From the NCBI RefSeq assembly GCF_964275005.1, contig NC_092686.1, positions 46,252,001-46,314,000 on the forward strand: a stretch of 62,000 nucleotides of DNA, given 5' to 3'. Origin of the DNA: Diadema setosum (Eukaryota). Every line of letters begins with the position of its first letter. Position 1 is the stretch's first letter. The position numbers and the translations under genes were made by a program. A model generated the notes under the pieces. The model was given only the letters and a program-made list of their open reading frames with translations, had not been told where the DNA came from and searched no databases. Positions 37,701-48,845 of this stretch are shown one piece after another.

Positions 37701-40700
37701 GAAGTGAAAACATTCAGAATAGGGATTTCAACATCTTTAAATTCTGTGAAGGGGTATAATTTGAGTAATATCGGCCTCATAAATGATTTGTAGAATAGAT
37801 GAACACAGCACATATGGTGCAGCAGTTGTAACTGTTTACTGAGCACGAGTTTTACACGTAAAATGCAGGTAGAAAAAAGAAAAAAAAAAATCCGCCCGAC
37901 CGACCCTATTTGAAAATCTCATGTTACGCCAATACAACCTTTTTTTTTTTTTTTTGGCCTCATTTGTGAGTTAAGTCCCACTCTATGACATTTGACATCC
38001 TGCACTGTTTAATGTTTATCCTTGTCCGACCACACCCTACCTGGTAAAAGCACCTGTTCATCCTTTGATGGTAGCAGAAGATATGGAGACTCCATCTGTT
38101 AATTGAAATGAGAATCATTCACTGTATACAATTAAATTATGGTAATGCCAAATTACAATAAAAAAAGATAAAATTTGGCAGTCTACATAGCTGCATGTGT
38201 AAATATTCCACCATGTCCTTGAATAATCCATACTAGTAGTTCATTCACTCAAACTTTCACTCACGTCAAAAAACTGCCTGGGCCTCTTTCAAAATCACTG
38301 GCAGTTTTCATATGACATCTACTCCTTCATTTCACAAAATTACAGAAGTTTCATCAAAATGTGACAAAAAATACTCCAGAATTGGTTTGCCCATCAAACT
38401 TTCATAAACTTGTGTTTTTGTGTGGTGACTATGGTATAAGAACCCTTTCCCCCGAGAGTCATCATTTCTATGTCACTGCAACACAATAAACATTTGATGC
38501 AATGGATGCAATTTTTTGTCCCCGCCGAATGAGTTCGAGCAGGGGACTATGAAACGGGCTCCGTACGTGTGTGTGTCCGTGCGTCCGTGCGTCTGTCCGT
38601 CCGTCCGTGCGTCCGTCCGTGTGTGCGTCCGTGTGTGATCAAAATGTTCAATTTGCTACTTCTCTGTCATTTATGAGCCAATTTTGATTCTGTTTGCTTT
38701 ATATGATAGCACTACATGGGAGCTTTAAAACTTCTACACAGAATTTCAGTTGTGACCTTTGACTTTGACCTTTGACCTATATTGTACATTTTGCTACAAA
38801 ATGCTACTCCTTCGCCATTTCTAACCCGATTTCGATTCCGTTTGCTTTATGTGATGGCACTAGGTGAGGGCTTCAAAACTTCTACACAGAATTTTGACCT
38901 TTGACTTCTTTGACCTTTGACCTTGATTTTTGACCTATATTGTACATTTTGCTATAAAATGCTACTCCTTCGCCATTTCTAACCCGATTTCGATTCCGTT
39001 TGCTTTATATGATGGCACTAGTTGAGGGCTTCAAAACTTCTACACAGAATTTTGACCTTTGACTTCTTTGACCTTTGACCTTGATTTTTGACCTATATTG
39101 TGCATTTTGCTATAAAATGCTACTCCTTCGCCATTTCTAACCCGATTTCGATTCTGTTTGCTTTATGTGATAGCACTAGGTGAGGGCTTCAAAACTTCTA
39201 CACAGAATTTTGTCCTTTTGTCTTCTTTGACCTTTGACCTTGATTTTTGACCTATATTGTACATTGGCTACAAAATGCTACTCCTTCGCCATTTCTAACC
39301 CAATTTCAATTCCATTTGCTTTATGTGATGGCACTAGGTGAGGGCTTCAAAACTTCTACACAGAATTTTGACCTTTGACTTCTTTGACCTTTGACCTTGA
39401 TTTTTTTACCTATATTGCACATTTTGTTACAAAATGCTACTTCCGGCGGGGACATATATTACGCACCGCGTAATTTCTACTTTTCCTTGTTCTGTTTGAT
39501 TTCATGTCACAAAAAAACCTCACACTCAACGTTTCCTCTATAATCCTTGGAAAAGACAGCCTCAAGTCCAACCACCGAAGACATTAGCCACCACTACCTA
39601 GCATCTATAGAGGTCATGACCTCATGTGGTAGATACACACAGACACGAAAAGTATTACTGTTCAGACAATAATCTTTTTTTTTTTTCATTTTACAATGAA
39701 GGGAAAATACCATTTTGACTCGATTCAAACTAGTCCTGAGGAAATGGCAAACCTGAGGAAGTATGATTCAGCAAATTTAAGCATGCTAATTAGTACTTTC
39801 TCCTGGACCTGCCAAATTCTGGGATATTTTGTGGGTTTGTGGAAGCTTATTCTACTAAATAACTTCCTTTAAACATACCCCATTTTCTTGCAACGCCTGG
39901 ACAGAGACAGCCTCATATTTCCTCAGTCTTTTGCCAGCTGAACTGAACTCCACGACCTCCCCATCCAAGTTTAGCGAGACATCATTGAGTGCTGAGCCAT
40001 CAAACTAGATGCATAATCAAATATAAAAGAAGGTCATTTAGAAAATTATACACGTTACTAGAGGTCAACAATGAAAGCTAACACAAAGAATACTGTAAAA
40101 CCAGAAAAATTCTGTGCTTGAAACATTTGCGAGTTAGAGCCAACAGCCATTTTTGCAGCATGAAACTTTAGAAAATAGTAACTGGCTTTTAATGCAATGT
40201 GTAGACAACAAATTTCACAAATCTGCTCATGAAATTTGAGAAAATATCAAGTGCACATATGTCTGATTTTACAGTATATGATTTGGATGTGCTGATAATA
40301 AAAAATTCACAAGCTTGAGTTGCAGTCATTTCTTCAGTAACCATAGCAACATTAGAAAATTGGCTATGATGAGAAAAGAACCTGAATATGCAGAAGAAAA
40401 ATAGTGAATAATGAATTTTTCATGCTGTTGTTTCACTTGTGCCATTTCATTTAATTTTGCTGCGGAGTGAATCTCTAGACAAAAATGAAATGAAAAGAAG
40501 GGAAAGTTGTCGCCCATACTCCATCATGGCCACGACCACAAAGAGTGCAAATCATGAGTTCAAGTTCAGATCAGCGAAAATGGCTTCCTTCACAGAGCTG
40601 GCACATTGCCAATGGTATTACCACCGCATGGGTGATGATGGCACTGATGTGATATCAACCCAGTTAGGACAAAATAACAGATGACATCACTAAATGGTCT

Positions 40701-43700
40701 GCCAAGATTTTCCCCAAGCACCGCAAAGTCATTGCTACCAACAGGCATGACGTGTGTGAGGGTCCGTCATGCTAATGTAAGCATATTGCAGTTGGAAAAT
40801 GACATTTTGAGTGAAATTATTGCAATAATGATGACAGAGTGATAATAATAGCAACAATCACAATTTGCAACAAAAACATTGATCATGAAAGTTTGCACAC
40901 CCCTTCACAACCATGATTACGGATTCATTTGACATCTTGAAGTTTAACAGGGACAGGGTGTAGCATACTTCAAATAAAGCATAACAAGATGCAGAAGAAC
41001 TAAACAGGCGATGTGTGGGAAAAGAACTTTGTGGTATCTTTAAAAACTAGACAGAGCACATATCAGTATATCAAAGACATACCACAGTGACCTTATATCA
41101 CCAAAATGCTATGAAAAATTCAACATTAATGTAGAATGCACATTGCCTACCCGGTAGTGACATTGCACTTTCATGTGTAAATGTGAAACATATTACAATT
41201 GCAGGTGAAATGAACTTCATTTTTTTTTAATGTAAGATACATCTGGACTGCTAGATCCTGCACATGACCAGTTCATGATCATTACATAGCTTGTCATAGT
41301 GTAGATTTTGCAAATCATCAGCAACAGGGTGTTCTTCACTCCATGCTACAGTTACAGGGTGAACTCATACAGAAATACGTGTAGATGTATTCTGTTCACC
41401 CCCATGAGTCATTAAGTAAACATTTCAAAATTGATACAAGGCAACACAGTGCCATTCACATCTTGCATCTATGTTCTTTAATTTTCAGGCCACGGACATA
41501 CAATATCTACTGTGTTACACATTCAATTCCTAACTTGAACTTAAACAGTATTTGTTATAAAAGTCACAACATCTATTGTACTTCAGTTTACAGTATCTTC
41601 CTTTTTTGCAATTAGTTACTAATTTTGTGTATCTTTGTGTGATTCAAAGTTCTTATTTCAATTGCATTTTTGTTGGAAATTAAATAAAATGAAATTAAAC
41701 TTTTACTCTGTAGCCTGGATGTACTGCCATTATAAGAAAGACAGTTCTGCTTTGGTATAAAAATGTGAACAACTGCATGATACTTCATTCAATGTGTAGA
41801 CACTTGAAGTGTCATTCACAATTCAGCAATTGACTGTGTATTGAAAAAAAAAAAAAAAAAAAAAACACACAACAACAACTATCAATTGCACTTGGTACAA
41901 TGGATCATTCCCCTTGTGACTACACTCCAGGTTCTGTCATTAACAGGAATTGCTTAGTGGAAAAGCTCCGCAAACTTCCGTATGAATTCACACCGTTAAC
42001 TCTGTATAAAGAATGTATTGGGCACTGAACCACCACACAATATATCTCATACTCCCATTATAAACTACATTTATTGCGCAATATGCATTCACTGTTGAAA
42101 ACACAGCCTAGGGTTATCACACTTCACATTACAAAAAGTGAAAATCACTTTCATTCTGACCAAAAAAAAAAAAAAAATATTTCTTCCTTTTCTTATTTTT
42201 GTCATTAATTTTTGTAGAAGACTGAATATAGCCAAGGATATTCACTCACTGACATGTACATGACACATCTACACTAAACCAGAGGTATATTGAGAGTATC
42301 ATTACACAGTGAAAGCAACTACTACTTTTTTTCTAGAATCTTTGAGATCCAACTTGTAGGGAAGAATTCACAAATACACCTCCTAATTCAACAAATTCTC
42401 ATCACAGTTGAGAGCTCGAAGATTTGAAAACATCCTTGATTTTTTACAGAGAGCTAGCATCACACACTGACATCCACATAGACACATACAAACACCTTTA
42501 ATCAACAAATCATTGATGAAGAGAGGTTATTAAAGGGACAAAAAAAAAAAAAAAAAAAAAAAAAGCTCTCCCAGCACAATTTCCATGCTGGTAGGAATAG
42601 CCATCAGTTGAATCTTAGTAAAAAGCAAACTTGTTATTAATACAAATAAACACATGGTCCTGACTGTTCCATGACATTTGCTCATGCAACAATTGCTCCC
42701 TTGAAATATCTCCACACTGAACCAAACATAAATTGTACCCACAAACATAACCCTAACCCTAATCCTTCCATCAAAATAAACCTAAAACCCTATCACAAAC
42801 TAACCATAACCCTAAGTCCTTGGAGAAAATAAGACTGGAGCAGTTGTCACAGCAGCAATGGATGTTGTGTCACTGATCCTGAGACACTACACAAAATGCT
42901 ATGTGTTATGATAGGAAACCTCTATCAAAAGAAATAATAGGATATCATTTGACAGGCACAACAGGCTATGAAATGAAACAGCAAGGGATTCCAGGGGGAA
43001 AAAAATTTACTTCACATCTACATTCATAACTTGAAATTTGCTAAATGCATTCAGCTTTCAAACAATCAAATAAACAGAAAAACCAGCAAGCCAATATCAT
43101 GAAATCTACAGGAACTCACAAATACACTTCAGATGTGAAATGCCAGCTGTGTTTCTAAGAAATGCCACAGGTAAATTTCCACTCATGCAGCTCAAACTGT
43201 TGCCCCTCATCAGTGGTGGACACTAGTCTTGACTTAGACAGATGAGAGGTGAATGAATCAGTGTACACTTTAAGTCCACAATCAAAACACTTATAGACTT
43301 CTACAACATTAGCAGAGGAATTTGTGTGGGGAACAAACACTAAGACAATTCATCCGAATGTCAACTGGAATTTGAGATAATTCCTCTCTACAAAATTCAT
43401 CTCCAACCGTATAGATGTCTAATACAATCATTACACTGTTGAAAATAAAGGTTGCGTATTAGAGTTACAAATAAACTATTCCAAAAAAAACTTACATGTG
43501 CAGGAGCTCTGATTAGCCATAGTTCTTTGCTAGATTTACTGGCTGCTGATTGACTTAGTGGGTACACACCCTCTGGAAAGCTCACTTCTTCAAATAATGG
43601 TGGGGCAGTATACCTGAGGAGCAGTAAATTCAAAATAATGTAATGAAATGGCATATCATGATATACTAACTTATATCACATAGAATGTGTTAATGATCTT

Positions 43701-44310
43701 TTAAAAACTAAGAGGAGGCAAAATATATAATAACTTAAAATAAGCAGTTGGTGCTGAGGAGAGAACAAAAGAGTTTTAAACATCTGACTTTTTTTCAAGT
43801 GGATCAACACGCTTTAAACTTCCCACAACATTTTGATCAATTCCACAAACTAGATGTTGCTGACTAACTAGAGTGATAACTGTAACAGAATACTCAAAGA
43901 CAAAACTTTATTTTGAAATAACACATTCTGAATTATTGAAGTTTCATGAAATTGGAATTTTCATAACTACCATAACCGTTGTGGTACCATGCAATTAGAG
44001 GCTGCTAAATTTCAAATCTTCATACCATTAGTGAGTCCTTTTGACATAGAAGGTAGAAAATTACATGTATCTCAATAATTTACATATATTTGTGGTAAAT
44101 GCTATAAACTTTTGGACAGCTTTGATGGAAATAAGTTGTTCACATTGGTTTCACATTAGGAAGTTTTGTTATATTTATTAAAGTGTCATCTTTAGAAAGT
44201 AATGATAATGATACTGTGGTAAGTTTTGCTTTGTAGAAACTTGATCTTGAGTGAGTAGTTGAACATATTTGGTGACCGCAGTCAGCTTACCTGTCAATTT
44301 TTCTGGCCAT
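18409..44310 (-). CDS. POLR1G: Spliced gene: DNA-directed RNA polymerase I subunit RPA34-like (POLR1G/CD3EAP), ~250-257 aa. Coding exons 44291-44310, 43496-43613, 39879-40004, 38041-38095, 19224-19361, 18457/18409-18725; 3' end uncertain
   Basis: Manual splicing with GT-AG sites and consistent phases gives MARKIDRYTAPPLFEEV...KELWLIRAPAHFDGSALNDVSLNLDG...KYEAVS...PYLLLPSKDEQVLLPAPAFRGQVTIME...APEMPRGLRQRFRPFGW, then a charged, Ser/Lys-rich tail. These match RPA34 family motifs as I recall them (RFxCPPxF, ELWLIxAPxxF, LLxPS, PxGLRxRFxxFG). Confidence 0.85.
19224..19361 (-). CDS. POLR1G: POLR1G-like exon APAFRGQVTIME...PRGLRQRFRPFGW
   Basis: ACAG| acceptor, |GTGAGG donor, 138 nt, phase 1/1; PxGLRxRFxxFG motif. 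Confidence 0.88.
20452..21047. mobile_element. Degenerate Tc1/pogo-like MITE
   Basis: TA|CAGTCAA...TTGACTG|TA with GACCACCTG subterminal motifs; related to 33945-34509. Confidence 0.55.
21916..22433. mobile_element. Probable Harbinger-like MITE (degenerate)
   Basis: Imperfect TIR AGGTGGCTTTACGCA / TGTGTGAATGCGCCT; CpG-rich interior with repeated TTTGAATCGC. Confidence 0.4.
23905..24220. repeat. Degenerate array of TTCGGAATAATGAAC-like units (old MITE)
   Basis: Motif recurs about every 30 bp, with inverted copies at the left end. Confidence 0.5.
25675..27191. mobile_element. Sola-like non-autonomous transposon (4-bp AWWT TSD) carrying a nested insertion
   Basis: ATAT|CGTCGCCGGTCACACGAACCGACGAATC ... 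GATTCGTCGGTTCGTGTGACCGGCGACG|ATAT; perfect 28-bp TIR. Confidence 0.8.
25912..26761. mobile_element. Tc1/pogo-like MITE nested in the Sola-like element
   Basis: TA|CAGTATTCACCGCATAATCGGG ... CCCGATTATGCGATGAATACTG|TA. Confidence 0.8.
28195..28956. mobile_element. Sola-like non-autonomous transposon
   Basis: AAAT|GTGACCCGCTACAACAAAATGGTCCTAAAGTCG ... CGACTTTAGGATCATTTTGTTGTGGCGGGTCAC|AAAT. Confidence 0.8.
31860..32070. repeat. Fold-back repeat of GGCGGCCGCCAC(A/T)TAATTATCGATATCG modules
   Basis: 32-bp perfect inverted repeat (31876-31907 vs 32028-32059) plus inner direct and inverted copies. Confidence 0.75.
33153..33532. mobile_element. Kolobok-like MITE (family K3)
   Basis: TTAA|AGGGGTTGTATAGT..TGGTTGAGA ... 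TCTCCACCATTACTGTACCATCCCT|TTAT (right TSD mutated). Confidence 0.55.
33945..34509. mobile_element. Tc1/pogo-like MITE
   Basis: TA|CAGTCAAACCTGTCTATAGCGGCCACC ... GGTGGCCGCTAAGGCAGGTTTGACTG|TA; repeated ACAGGTGGCCGCTA motifs. Confidence 0.8.
34682..34764. mobile_element. piggyBac-like mini-MITE (inverted copy of 3030-3114)
   Basis: TTAA|CCCGTTGAGGAC...CACCGGG|TTAA. Confidence 0.7.
34769..34842. mobile_element. Internally deleted Kolobok-like K2 copy
   Basis: TTAA|AGGACAAGTTCA...TGAATTGTCCT|TTAA; shares GGATTGAGA.AATGCAGCAATAT with K2. Confidence 0.6.
34847..35404. mobile_element. Kolobok-like MITE with long TIRs (family K2, copy 1)
   Basis: TTAA|AGGACAAATTCACCTTCAT ... ATGAAGGTGAACTTGTCCT|TTAA; TIRs >100 bp; second copy at 49795-50357. 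Confidence 0.8.
35929..36694. mobile_element. piggyBac-like non-autonomous element
   Basis: TTAA|CCCTAACTTACCTGGG ... CCCAGGTAAGTTAGGG|TTAA; subterminal GGGGGGGC(T/C)ATTATGGCCCCCCC palindromes at both ends. Confidence 0.82.
36766..37235. mobile_element. Harbinger-like MITE related to 6979-7977
   Basis: ATA|AGTTACATTCACACG ... CATGTGAACCTAACT|ATA; 3-bp TSD; shares CCCACTCG and GTCCACACGG motifs. Confidence 0.65.
37259..37959. mobile_element. Zator-like non-autonomous element
   Basis: TCA|GGC(A)n TTGTTGTATTGGCGTAAC ... GTTACGCCAATACAACC(T)n GGCC|TCA; GG termini, 3-bp TSD, CCGACCC subterminal motifs. Confidence 0.65.
38041..38095 (-). CDS. POLR1G: POLR1G-like exon MESPYLLLPSKDEQVLLP
   Basis: ACAG| acceptor, |GTAGG donor, 55 nt, phase 0/1 bridges its neighbours; LLxPS motif. 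Confidence 0.8.
38515..39482 (+). mobile_element. Helentron/DINE-1-like element with an internal ~159 bp tandem array (~5 units)
   Basis: TTT-GTCCCCGCC subTIR with GGGGAC stem, (GTCC/GTGC)n microsatellite, tandem units starting near 38696, 38841, 39001, 39159 and 39317, 3' GGCGGGGACA subTIR, ATTACGC-ACC-GCGTAAT hairpin, CTAC-TTTT end. Confidence 0.8.
39879..40004 (-). CDS. POLR1G: POLR1G-like exon FDGSALNDV...QENG
   Basis: TAG| acceptor, |GTATGT donor, 126 nt open, phase 0/0. Confidence 0.85.
42672..42865. mobile_element. Degenerate MITE with CCCTAA repeats (same type as 9410-9593, inverted)
   Basis: ACAATTGCTCC / GGAGCAGTTGT inverted arms around ACCCTAACCCTAA. Confidence 0.45.
43496..43613 (-). 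CDS. POLR1G: POLR1G-like exon YTAPPLF...ELWLIRAPAH
   Basis: CTCAG| acceptor, |GTAAG donor, 118 nt, contains the ELWLIxAP motif. Confidence 0.88.
44291..44310 (-). CDS. POLR1G: POLR1G-like first coding exon (MARKID + AG)
   Basis: ACAATGG start context, AG|GTAAGC donor; phase 2 matches the next exon. Confidence 0.75.
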
Positions 44311-46192
44311 TGTTCCTGTTACACTGCAGATTGCTCACAGCATTTTTTTTTTTTCAAAATGTAAACTCACAGTGTAGGTAATGCCTGAACAGAGAGATAA
44401 AGCACATGATGACATATATTATGACACGTGAAAGGGTACTGCTATAATACAAAGAGAAATTCTATCAAACATTTGAACATGTCCTTACTTTTGCAAATAT
44501 TGCATGGTAAATATCCATGTTGTGCTCCTTTTGTGATTGTCAGGTTGCCAATGTCTCATGGCAAGTGGCACTAAGGAATAAATGTGAATCAAAATCTTAT
44601 TCTGCTGGGGTGTTCATATAGTTCTATCTAAATTAATACAGCCAAAGTAAAATAATATATATCTTTTTGTGTTTTTTTTTTTCTGTTTGCTTGTAAAAAT
44701 TTGTCTGACTCGACAGGTCCATACACAATGCAGTTCATGGACAGTGAATTATCAGAATAATAAGAGAGCAATCCATGCTATATTGTCTTTATGTGCCAAG
44801 GTGTAAACCCCCTGTGTGCCACATTATTCTGAGACACCAACAAAGTCATGCTTGGAGAGGAACACTCTGTTTTTCAAATCTATGTAACTTCTATTGATTT
44901 CTGTTAAGCTGGACATGTAGTGAGCAAAGTTGTAGCAAAAATGCCAAGCTTTGCTTTGATGTATATTGTATGACTATTCTATGACTGTTTTTCTTTCAAA
45001 TGACCAGTAGCTACATTACTGTAAATGCATGTCTTTTTCACACAGAACAGTGACAGAAACTTACAATTTACAAGCAAATCCTGTAGGGAACATTGCTTGT
45101 TTATCAATCACCACACAAAATTCCCGCTTTATGCGAGAAGAACGAGAGTGCAATGAATGCTTTCATTGTACAGGTACTGTGGAATTTGGTGATTTATCAA
45201 TCTATTTGGGCGGGTTTGTGCATTTGAGCAGAATATGCGAAGTTGGCACACCGTCAGTTGAGTCGCAAATGCGAACTTGGCACATCAAGAGTGAATGACT
45301 GTAGCTGCGGATTTCAGATGTCATCTTAAAAACTAAATCAACTGAAAATATCCAGTATCTTTGTCCAAGCATTACAATGATGTAAAGATGCATTTTGAAT
45401 CAACTGTCTTTTTAAAAGCAAAGTTACCAGTAACTGAGCAGGGAACTAATGACCAATGTACAATGATACCAATTGGCTAGTTTCATGAAAGAAGCTGGTT
45501 GAGAAATGCGTACGTGTACCTGTGTCTGCCTCTGTATGTCTATCTGTGTCACAGTGTGTGTACATGTGTGTGTGTGTGTGTGTGTGTGTGATGTGCGCTC
45601 TGCAAACTGCATTTCTCAACCACCTTCATTCAACTTGCTATAAATCTTTTGTACATTAATTTTCTTGAAAGATACATCATATAGAAAGGCTAACTTCAGT
45701 TTCAGATTGCGCATGCAGCATATGTCATGATCACTCGCAAAGAGTGAGTTGTGGGAATTCTGAGCGGTATGAAAGTCAATGTTGATATGGATCATTGATA
45801 ACCGACTGCCTCGCTGATTTGGTTCAAATTTATGCGGGTGATTGGAAGTAGGCTTATATGTATTCCAGGTGATTTTGCTGCAATTTGGGAGTACAGAATT
45901 TGAGATATCAGCATCAGCATCAGTATACGGAAGTAGTCCCGTCGAGACTGCCGGTCGTGGTCGTTCCTTCGCTTCGGGTTGTATGTTGTACATTATCCTA
46001 CCTAAGACTTGAATCTACATGGATATAAAAGTAAATTTACATTTACTTAGCAGGCCCTACTCTTAGTACCTCCCTGACCATATCAAACAATAAAATACCT
46101 CAGATCTTAAACCTTCTCTCTCGATAAATTCGAGTAGCGTCTCCTAGTCCTACTAGCTATTCTCCTAGGTGTAGATTTAGCCCCTACCCTAC

Positions 46193-46249
46193 TAGCTACA
46201 CGCAGCCGCTGTCGCGAAATACTTTCGCGACAGCGGCTGCATGTAGTTA
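46193..46249. mobile_element. 57-bp palindromic mini-MITE, Academ(H)-like
   Basis: 27-bp arms (2 mismatches) around a TAC loop; TAG...TTA termini; 9-bp TSD CTACCCTAC at 46184-46192 and 46250-46258. Confidence 0.75.
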
Positions 46250-46729
46250 CTACCCTACCACTGGTACCAGCCTACTGAGCTCTGAGCTGACCGACTGGCC
46301 CTAGACTAGATCTAGACCTTTTAAAAATATAGAGATAATAATATTATTGGCCTATTTTGTAATTTCTTTGTTTCTTTGTCAGGCCCCCTCCATACACGCA
46401 CTGAATGTTGAACCCATGCACGATCATTTCCTTCACATCACGAACTGCACTGCACTGTTCACCTTGGAATTTTCCAGCAAATTATCTAACGCGTGGGACT
46501 TAGATTAATAAGTTTGCTCGTCGCCGGCCGTCATTGTCGCATATTTTTCTCGGAACCCCCTGGATCCGGAGATGAATCTTGAGAAAAACTAAAAGGAAAT
46601 ACTTATGTATGAAAAGAGGAATAAAATAACGGTTACCGAAATTTCCTGAGAAAGCGGAGTATTCAGGTACGGGTTTTCAAGATCGAGTGCTCTAACCCAG
46701 CAGTGCATAGTGGGAGGGAAGTCCGGGAG

Positions 46730-46984
46730 GCGTTTTTTTAAAGATGGCACAGATTGGGGCATGGCAGTATGGCGCGTGTTAAACCTATGGGAAAAACGTT
46801 GGGGTAGGGTTTTTGGTTATGGTTATGGTTAGGGTTAGGGTTAGGGTTGGGGTTAGGGTTAGGGTTAGGGTTAGGGTTAGGGTTTGATGGTTAGGGTTAG
46901 GATTAGGATTAGGATTAGGTTTAGGGATAGGGTCCCCGATAGATTTTTAGTTTCCCCAATCTATGCCGTCTAAAAATAACACGG
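46730..46984. mobile_element. MULE-like MITE containing a (TTAGGG)n array
   Basis: TIR ..TTTTT(A)AGATGGCACAGATTGGGG / CCCCAATCTATGCCGTCTAAAAA; 9-bp TSD GTCCGGGAG at 46721-46729 and 46985-46993. Confidence 0.75.
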
Positions 46985-48627
46985 GTCCGGGAGGGAAGTC
47001 CCCTGAGCTGTGCTGTGGATTATTCGCACGTGTGTAGTTGTACGCGGTCGGCGATCGGAACGACAGCAGTGCTGCATGCATGCGATGTATGCTGGCTGCC
47101 CCATCGATCAACACATTGCGCAATAATGATGGTAACGGTAAACAGTAAGAGGGGCACGTTTCAACATAAGTAAACACAAATGAGATACTTTCAATAGTTC
47201 AAATAAGATAATTTCAATAATGATTGCTACAAACTTACATACAGATAGGTCTTCAGATATTCATTAACGAGGAGGGGGGGGGGGGGCGAGAGGAGTGTAT
47301 TAGATAAACATACAATCAATCCAAAAGGTGCTAAATCCATTTCTGATAGTAAGGAGAAAACCTGCCTTTTTATTTTCACGTGCTTCTAAGAATTCTAATG
47401 TAATGACTTCATGTCTCATGAAAGCAGGCATACCCATTAGAATAGGGGCTTATTCTAGGGTCAAAGTGTGGTCAAGCGTGCACACGGTTTTTATTTGGCT
47501 CCTGCTGGATTTAGCACCCTCTGGAACAAAACTCATTTTTCATTGCCTGATTTCTGCATTTCAGTACATTGAAGAGTTTGCTGTATGGGACTGATAAAAT
47601 GACTACATTTCTGTCAAAAGAAGTCCAATTTGATGAAAATCTAATTTTGGCACCTTTTGGAACTATTCTTACCAGTGAAAATCGCGAGGCAATGCAAATA
47701 CACCACGAAATACATCGAAAAATAGAGTGGTAAACATCCACTATCTAAGGTACGTGGTAACTCAAACTTGTCACAAAATGCTCATAAGAGTAAGAGCGAA
47801 TATATAGGACTAAAGACAAATTACAATTAAACATTGCTTTCAGACTTTGCACTAATTAGGCTGATTGGATTGGACCATTTCCATCCCGTGAACAGGGATT
47901 GAGGCCAAAGGCTCGGGGCAAGAAATCTTACAAAGATAATCTAAAAACTATAAATATATATGCTTGCTTTCATTTTTCGAGTCGTTTTGTCATGAGAAAA
48001 GGGCTGCCATCTCATCAAGCCTCATTATGCATGATTATTTTGACGGCCACTGCAACATTTTTCACCTTTATATAAAATGATCATGAAAGAGAAAATGCAA
48101 TACTGGCAAGTTTGTATTTTTTTTTATCTGAATGATTTATTGAATTTGTTTGTAACAAAACTTGATTTTTCGTAGAAAATTTAATTTCACTAAAATGTTT
48201 ATGTTATTGCTACTTTCCGATTGTATATTGCACTCTTAACAAAAAACAGGAATGACTTGGAATTAGACTGAAAAATTGAAATTTGGTTTCAGTTCACATA
48301 AGTCTATCCACATGTTATTTTCATCAATGCGTTTTCTAACGTTCTCTCCATGCAAATCAACTTCTCATGTCAACAGGACAGCAGTGATGCTTCACATTGT
48401 TAAAATGTCATTTGTGTCTCAAAGTTGCTGAAGCAAAGGGGGAAGAGCAGTGGACTACCAACAGATGTGGAATTCCACGATGTAGATTAGATTACATTCA
48501 GATCTTGCTCGACCTATAATGACGAAATTTAGTATTTTGATTACTCATTAGCTACGATTTGAACCATTTTATAGGGCAAAACCAGAAACTCCGAGTGTTT
48601 TTAGTAGTTTATGATGGTCAACAGTTT

Positions 48628-48845
48628 ACACATTCAAAATGAAAGGGTAAATCAACATTTAAAATGTTATCATTCCTCCAACCTTTATGCAAATGTTGAA
48701 TTTACATGTAGCACACATGTTGGATCTACCATTTCTGAAATAGTAATTAAACATTTTGAGGTGTAAATTCAACAAAAGATTGGAGGAGTGACAACGTTTA
48801 ATGTTGATTTAACCCTCCCTTTTTTTCCCTTTTTTTTAGTGATGT
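48628..48845. mobile_element. Degenerate fold-back MITE
   Basis: Inverted arms GGGTAAATCAACATTTAAAATGTTATCATTCCTCCAA / TTGGAGGAGTGACAACGTTTAATGTTGATTTAACCC. Confidence 0.55.

Larger units (their letters stand above)
46150..47150 (-). promoter_or_regulatory. CpG-rich putative promoter and non-coding first exon of the POLR1G-like gene (possible donor at 46463)
   Basis: Local CpG enrichment against a CpG-depleted gene body, ~2 kb upstream of the ATG exon; AAG|GTGAAC donor on the minus strand. Confidence 0.5.

Noticed and set aside
38690..39445. CRISPR-like periodic array
   Set aside because: The units are fully repeated with no unique spacers, lie inside a Helentron-like element, and no cas genes are present; the context is eukaryotic.
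46815..46932. Interstitial telomere or chromosome fusion scar
   Set aside because: The array is short, has a single orientation and is enclosed by TIRs and a 9-bp TSD, so it is TE-borne.
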